Shown piece after piece: positions 60,119 through 64,000 of a stretch of DNA of 64,000 bases; within the stretch, counting starts at the first letter, position 1; each line of letters opens with the position of its first letter. The notes under the pieces are model-generated. The model searched no databases. It worked only from the letters and a program-made list of their open reading frames with translations, and was not told where the DNA came from. The stretch lies in NCBI GenBank assembly GCA_964387275.1, contig CAYLVW010000001.1:355508-419507 (forward strand), read 5' to 3'. Origin of the DNA: an uncultured Candidatus Saccharibacteria bacterium (lineage in GTDB: Bacteria > Patescibacteriota > WWE3 > UBA101185 > UBA10185). Made by a program: the position numbers and the translations under genes.

Positions 60119-60141
60119 CATTATATCCTATAGGGTTATTT
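60119..60141 (-). promoter_or_regulatory. AAATAACCCTATAGG motif next to TATAAT
   Basis: Minus strand aaataaccctatagg-a-tataat. Confidence 0.5.
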
Positions 60142-60176
60142 TGGACAACTTTCGCTTATAAGTACTGGAAAATGGA

Positions 60177-60869
60177 CTATTTTGCCATTAAATGCTGCTT
60201 TTCGAACTGAGGCAAGTGTTCTATTGCGTATCGTAAGGTAGTTCTAGCCATTTTTGATTTATTCTTTTTAAGATATTTAATGAGGGCTGGCGTGGAAACT
60301 CTTTTTCCGGCCTCTCTAAGTAACCATCCCACCGCTTTATGAACTAGATCTTCTTTATCCAAAAGTAGAAGGTCAGCAATTTCGTAGGTACGGAGATCTT
60401 CTCCATTCATAAGATGGTGAAATGTAGACACAATGGAAATTCTACGCTCCCATAGGGATTTGGATCTGGCGAGTTTGTTAAGAATTTCTTCATTATTCTT
60501 ATACACGTGTGCACCTACAATTTGCCTTGCGCTAAGATCTACCAAATCCCAATTATTAACATATTTAATATTTCTCATATAGGTCTTGTAAGTAAGGTCA
60601 GGATTTTCTTTATATTTTTCAACAAGTAGGAGAAGGGCACAAAGCCTTACTTCGTGAAATTCGTTATCTAACAGTTTCTCAATTTCATAAATGTGGATGT
60701 CTTGTTTTGTACTACTTACCAACTTTCTAATAATAGGTACTGTAATACCTAAAAACTTATCCCCATAACCATATTGACCAGGATTGGTCTTAAAAAACCA
60801 CTGAGAGGTTTTAGCTCTAGTGGGATCTTTTAGTCTTAATAATTTATTAAGAAGTTCCTTATGATTCAT
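60177..60869 (-). CDS. DNA alkylation repair protein (AlkD-like)
   Basis: FFKT.PGQYG.GDKFLG, NNWDLVD, WERR, KAVGWLLRE, RTTLRYAIE; second ATG lies 6 nt after TATAAT. Confidence 0.88.
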   Translation of the reverse strand: MNHKELLNKLLRLKDPTRAKTSQWFFKTNPGQYGYGDKFLGITVPIIRKLVSSTKQDIHIYEIEKLLDNEFHEVRLCALLLLVEKYKENPDLTYKTYMRNIKYVNNWDLVDLSARQIVGAHVYKNNEEILNKLARSKSLWERRISIVSTFHHLMNGEDLRTYEIADLLLLDKEDLVHKAVGWLLREAGKRVSTPALIKYLKKNKSKMARTTLRYAIEHLPQFEKQHLMAK

Positions 60870-60952
60870 AATCATATTATACAGTGCTAAAACTTCCTAA
60901 ATTTGTAAAAACTTGGTAATATACACAAAGTTTGCAGTCAGTATTGTGTCTA

Positions 60953-61029
60953 GGGCGGTTAGCTCAGCTGGTCAGAGCATTCGGTTTACATCCGAAAGGT
61001 CATAGGTTCGAACCCTATACCGCCCACCA
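60953..61029 (+). tRNA. tRNA-Val(TAC)
   Basis: ttcgg-ttTACat-ccgaa; ACCA end. Confidence 0.95.
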
Positions 61030-61216
61030 ATAAATTGACTAGAAAATATCTTTCCTATCTGAAAAATCATAGATCAAAAAGCTAGGTTTCCTATCAAGTT
61101 GCATTATGAATAACTAAGCTTAGTGAATCACTGTATAAAACTACCCTTATAAAGGGTAAATATTAACTCAACATAAATTAACATTTTTTCAATTCAAAAA
61201 GAGATCAATTAATACT

Positions 61217-61253
61217 AAAAAAGATCTCAAGAGTTTTATCTCGTTGAGATCTT
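61217..61253 (-). terminator. Intrinsic terminator
   Basis: aagatctcaa / ttgagatctt with an A-run on the + strand. Confidence 0.7.
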
Positions 61254-61260
61254 ATAGATC

Positions 61261-61632
61261 CTAACATTCACCAAGAACACGACCATTATACATACCAAGT
61301 TGTATCAAGGTAGTTTTTAGGCGGACGGGTGTTACAGTAAGAGGGAGTCTTGAAAAAACATACGGCATTCTCCCATCTACTTTATATTCAAATACGTTCA
61401 CCAAATCAAAGGACGCAACCACTGCAGCAAGTGCTCTAATATCCCGAGTGTTTCCTATGACAACAGTGCGAACACTCCTATCAAAAATCTCATTGGTCGC
61501 AATCCTATCACTAAAAAGTGGCCTTGTTTGCCAATCTATAACTGCAAGTAAGTCTGTAGGTCTTCTAAACAAAGCATCCATTGCTGCATGAAGATTTCTA
61601 GTTGGTATTAAAACAAGCTGAAGCGGATCCAT
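61261..61632 (-). CDS. Hypothetical protein (SD-led)
   Basis: aaggagg SD before the MDPLQL start at 61632. Confidence 0.65.
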   Translation of the reverse strand: MDPLQLVLIPTRNLHAAMDALFRRPTDLLAVIDWQTRPLFSDRIATNEIFDRSVRTVVIGNTRDIRALAAVVASFDLVNVFEYKVDGRMPYVFSRLPLTVTPVRLKTTLIQLGMYNGRVLGEC

Positions 61633-61747
61633 TGAATCCCTCCTTTGACTAATATTGCCTCTCTTAAAGAAATAGTACAACTAATATTGTGGCATCGCAA
61701 TTAAAAAGACCAAACCCCCATTTTGATAATTTGCCCATAATATATGG

Positions 61748-62092
61748 TTAGTAGAGTTCCTTGGTAACTTCAAGTTCAAAACCCGAAGCGGCTAGATAAC
61801 GACTAACATAAGTATAGCTAAGCATAGTAGACATCCAATATGTCGTATGATGCATCTTTATCTCAGGCATTGAACCATAAGAGACATTAAGAACAAGTGA
61901 TGCAAGCATAAGCAATGTACTAGTAGTAAAATATACAGCGCTATCACCAATCTCCGGAGCACAACTTGCACCCTCGAAAATATGCATAATTGAAGCGGGT
62001 TTAGTTACTACAACAAGCTCATTGCCTAAAGTTAAAGCGTCAACAATATCCTTTAGTGTATATTCGTTCCCGTGAAGCAACATTGTCTTCAT
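61748..62092 (-). CDS. Hypothetical protein (SD-led), paralog family 2
   Basis: TATAAT, then aaggagagg SD. Confidence 0.65.
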   Translation of the reverse strand: MKTMLLHGNEYTLKDIVDALTLGNELVVVTKPASIMHIFEGASCAPEIGDSAVYFTTSTLLMLASLVLNVSYGSMPEIKMHHTTYWMSTMLSYTYVSRYLAASGFELEVTKELY

Positions 62093-62147
62093 GACCTCTC
62101 CTTGAATTTTGGAATTATACTACTATTAATCTAAATATAAAATTGTT

Positions 62148-63107
62148 TTAGTGCCCAACTAATACTGTAATAAATTTCCCAACTTTTTGTGCAATTAACT
62201 CAAACTCTTCTTGATTTGTATTTTCGGATAGTAAACAAACAACAGCGGTTCCAGAAACACCCGAAGCTACCCCACAATCATGATAAGTACCAATATCCGT
62301 ACCTATTTTATGAGAAAAATCTATTTCCCCATCAATCCCAATATCTAGTCTATTATCGAAATCAGTACTATCTAATAATTCCAGGATATACGCTCCAGAG
62401 TTCTTAGCCAATATACTACTTTTAATAATGGTATCAAATACTAAAACACCGTCTTCTGGAGATAAAAAGTTTTTATTGAAATAATCAGGAGATACCCCAA
62501 TAGCTTTAAATGTATCTGATATAGCAGGCCACCCTAAAACCCTGAGCAAAATATTTTGAGCAGTATTATCAGATTTTTTTAATAATTTACTTAAAACCTC
62601 GTCTATTGTATACACAGAGCCGAATTCCCCTCGATTTATATCCCCAGTACCTTCTGAATAATCTGAGGCTAAATACACTATAGTATCACCCATACTAAGA
62701 TTTCCTTCCTCAAGCTCCAGTAAAGTAGCTATCGCAATAGGGGTTTTAAATAGGGAAGCACCATAAAACAGTTTGCCTTCATTAAAATAGTAAGAAAGTG
62801 AAGTATCATAGGTACCATCAAAACTCCAATCTCCTGATTTATGAAGATTTGGATAGTATTTAATGAACAAACCGTATCTTCCATTTGTAGAAATAACGAC
62901 ATCTTTAACGCCATTAAACTCCGAGTCAAAATTTACTTCTTCTATAGATGGGTTATTTAAACTATCAGAAATAATTCTCGGACTATTCAAAGTATAAGAT
63001 GAGACAATCGTATTAAATTCTTGGTTTGTTTTTTGGGTTGAAAAATATATACCTAACAAAATTAACGCAAAAATAAGTATAAAAGAAAAACCGTACCAAA
63101 ATTTCAT
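62148..63107 (-). CDS. Class A beta-lactamase-like serine hydrolase (membrane-anchored)
   Basis: ASLFK (SxxK), SDN, HKIG, HDCG. Confidence 0.85.
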   Translation of the reverse strand: MKFWYGFSFILIFALILLGIYFSTQKTNQEFNTIVSSYTLNSPRIISDSLNNPSIEEVNFDSEFNGVKDVVISTNGRYGLFIKYYPNLHKSGDWSFDGTYDTSLSYYFNEGKLFYGASLFKTPIAIATLLELEEGNLSMGDTIVYLASDYSEGTGDINRGEFGSVYTIDEVLSKLLKKSDNTAQNILLRVLGWPAISDTFKAIGVSPDYFNKNFLSPEDGVLVFDTIIKSSILAKNSGAYILELLDSTDFDNRLDIGIDGEIDFSHKIGTDIGTYHDCGVASGVSGTAVVCLLSENTNQEEFELIAQKVGKFITVLVGH

Positions 63108-63250
63108 AACTAATACTTACATAGCAGTTACACTAACACAAGGAAACAAAATATATTTTCCAGCAAATAACTTGCGATTATCGTAGCTACACTGTAATAA
63201 ACCAGACATCTATATTCAGGATTGATAACTAGGTTTAATTCTACCAAAAT

Positions 63251-63293
63251 AAAAAAAGGAGTAGAGTCTTTCTAAGTAGAAAGAAACTACCCC
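63251..63293 (-). terminator. Intrinsic terminator
   Basis: ggagtag..tctttcta / tagaaaga..ctacccc with A7 on the + strand. Confidence 0.7.
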
Positions 63294-63303
63294 AAGTAGA
63301 AAC

Positions 63304-63693
63304 TCAGTCCATAGGCAAAAAAACCATTCCAACAGATCCAGCAGTACAAACAAAATTAAAGCGTATTCCTGAGCTACTAATCTCATTAATTACGGCATGC
63401 AAAGGAGTCTTAAGAGCTACCCAGTAACTTGGCTTAACGCCAAATCTGGTTAATCCAAATCTACAATCTGCACCAAAATCCCTAATAATTCTTGTCCAAA
63501 CAATAAACCTAGGAACAAAACAAATGGTCCCAAAATCACGCCTTAGATCTAAAGCTTCCTCACCCAAAATGGCAAGGGAAAGATTAGGAGAAAAGGGCAC
63601 GGCGACAAACTCATAACCGTTTTTGCAAAAACCAATAATATCTTCTTTGGTAACATCCTCAGCAAAAAGAATAAGAGCGTCGTCAACAACCAT
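63304..63693 (-). CDS. Hypothetical protein (SD-led), paralog family 2
   Basis: ggaggt SD before ATG 63693. Confidence 0.6.
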   Translation of the reverse strand: MVVDDALILFAEDVTKEDIIGFCKNGYEFVAVPFSPNLSLAILGEEALDLRRDFGTICFVPRFIVWTRIIRDFGADCRFGLTRFGVKPSYWVALKTPLHAVINEISSSGIRFNFVCTAGSVGMVFLPMD

Positions 63694-63732
63694 AACCCAC
63701 CTCCCGGATTGAAAGTACAACCTCCCTCAAAA

Positions 63733-64000
63733 TTACTTCAAACCTTTAGGAATAAGACCACTTGCAGAGTAGTGGTTATAAGTAAAACCAGGAAGACCAC
63801 TAAGAACTTCGAGGAATACCGCATGAGCAGACTTGTTGCTAAACCCATACATATAAATCAACCCAAGTCTCCTGAGATTAAGCACCATAGGAGTAAATCT
63901 ACCTTCCAAGGCATAAACTAAAGCCACATCTGACGTACACATAAGAGTAATTGGTTGCTCTTCAAATTTAGTCATATCGATAGCACGTCTAATTGTTTCG
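63733..64000 (-). CDS. Hypothetical protein, 5' truncated
   Basis: Frame stays open to the window end. Confidence 0.5.
   Translation of the reverse strand, partial: ETIRRAIDMTKFEEQPITLMCTSDVALVYALEGRFTPMVLNLRRLGLIYMYGFSNKSAHAVFLEVLSGLPGFTYNHYSASGLIPKGLK

Noticed and set aside
58674-60210. Long antisense ORFs over the 466-aa lipoprotein gene (similar ones lie over the ATPases, AAA gene and typA)
   Set aside because: No initiation signals or recognisable motifs; expected shadows of codon bias in the sense gene.
61142-61158. Imperfect palindrome tacccttataaagggta resembling the CCTATAG motif
   Set aside because: Different spacing and not upstream of any gene start.

Overview
AT-rich bacterial chromosome segment using the standard code (TGA serves as a stop). 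Gene content and sparse metabolism suggest a Patescibacteria/CPR organism, possibly WWE3/Microgenomates-like (inference). It holds a heavy-metal/thiol-redox island with a large serine recombinase beside tRNA-Glu (1-9376), housekeeping genes (folD, leuS, rpmG, tgt, rsmI, typA, HelD-like ATPase, MacAB-like ABC, PilB-like ATPase) and nine single tRNA genes. The most striking pattern is two interleaved gene grammars. Housekeeping genes appear mostly leaderless, with a -10 box 6-9 nt before the ATG and no Shine-Dalgarno (SD). About 20 accessory/ORFan genes instead have strong SDs, long-stem terminators, visibly different codon use and often a palindromic CCTATAG motif at the promoter. The SD class includes a three-protease/RavA-ViaA-like cluster, two apparent families of small paralogs, lipobox proteins and a variant radical SAM enzyme. 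Three tRNA 3' ends carry related hairpin elements (51-bp tandem repeats behind both tRNA-Leu genes). All calls were made by eye from motifs; no searches were run.
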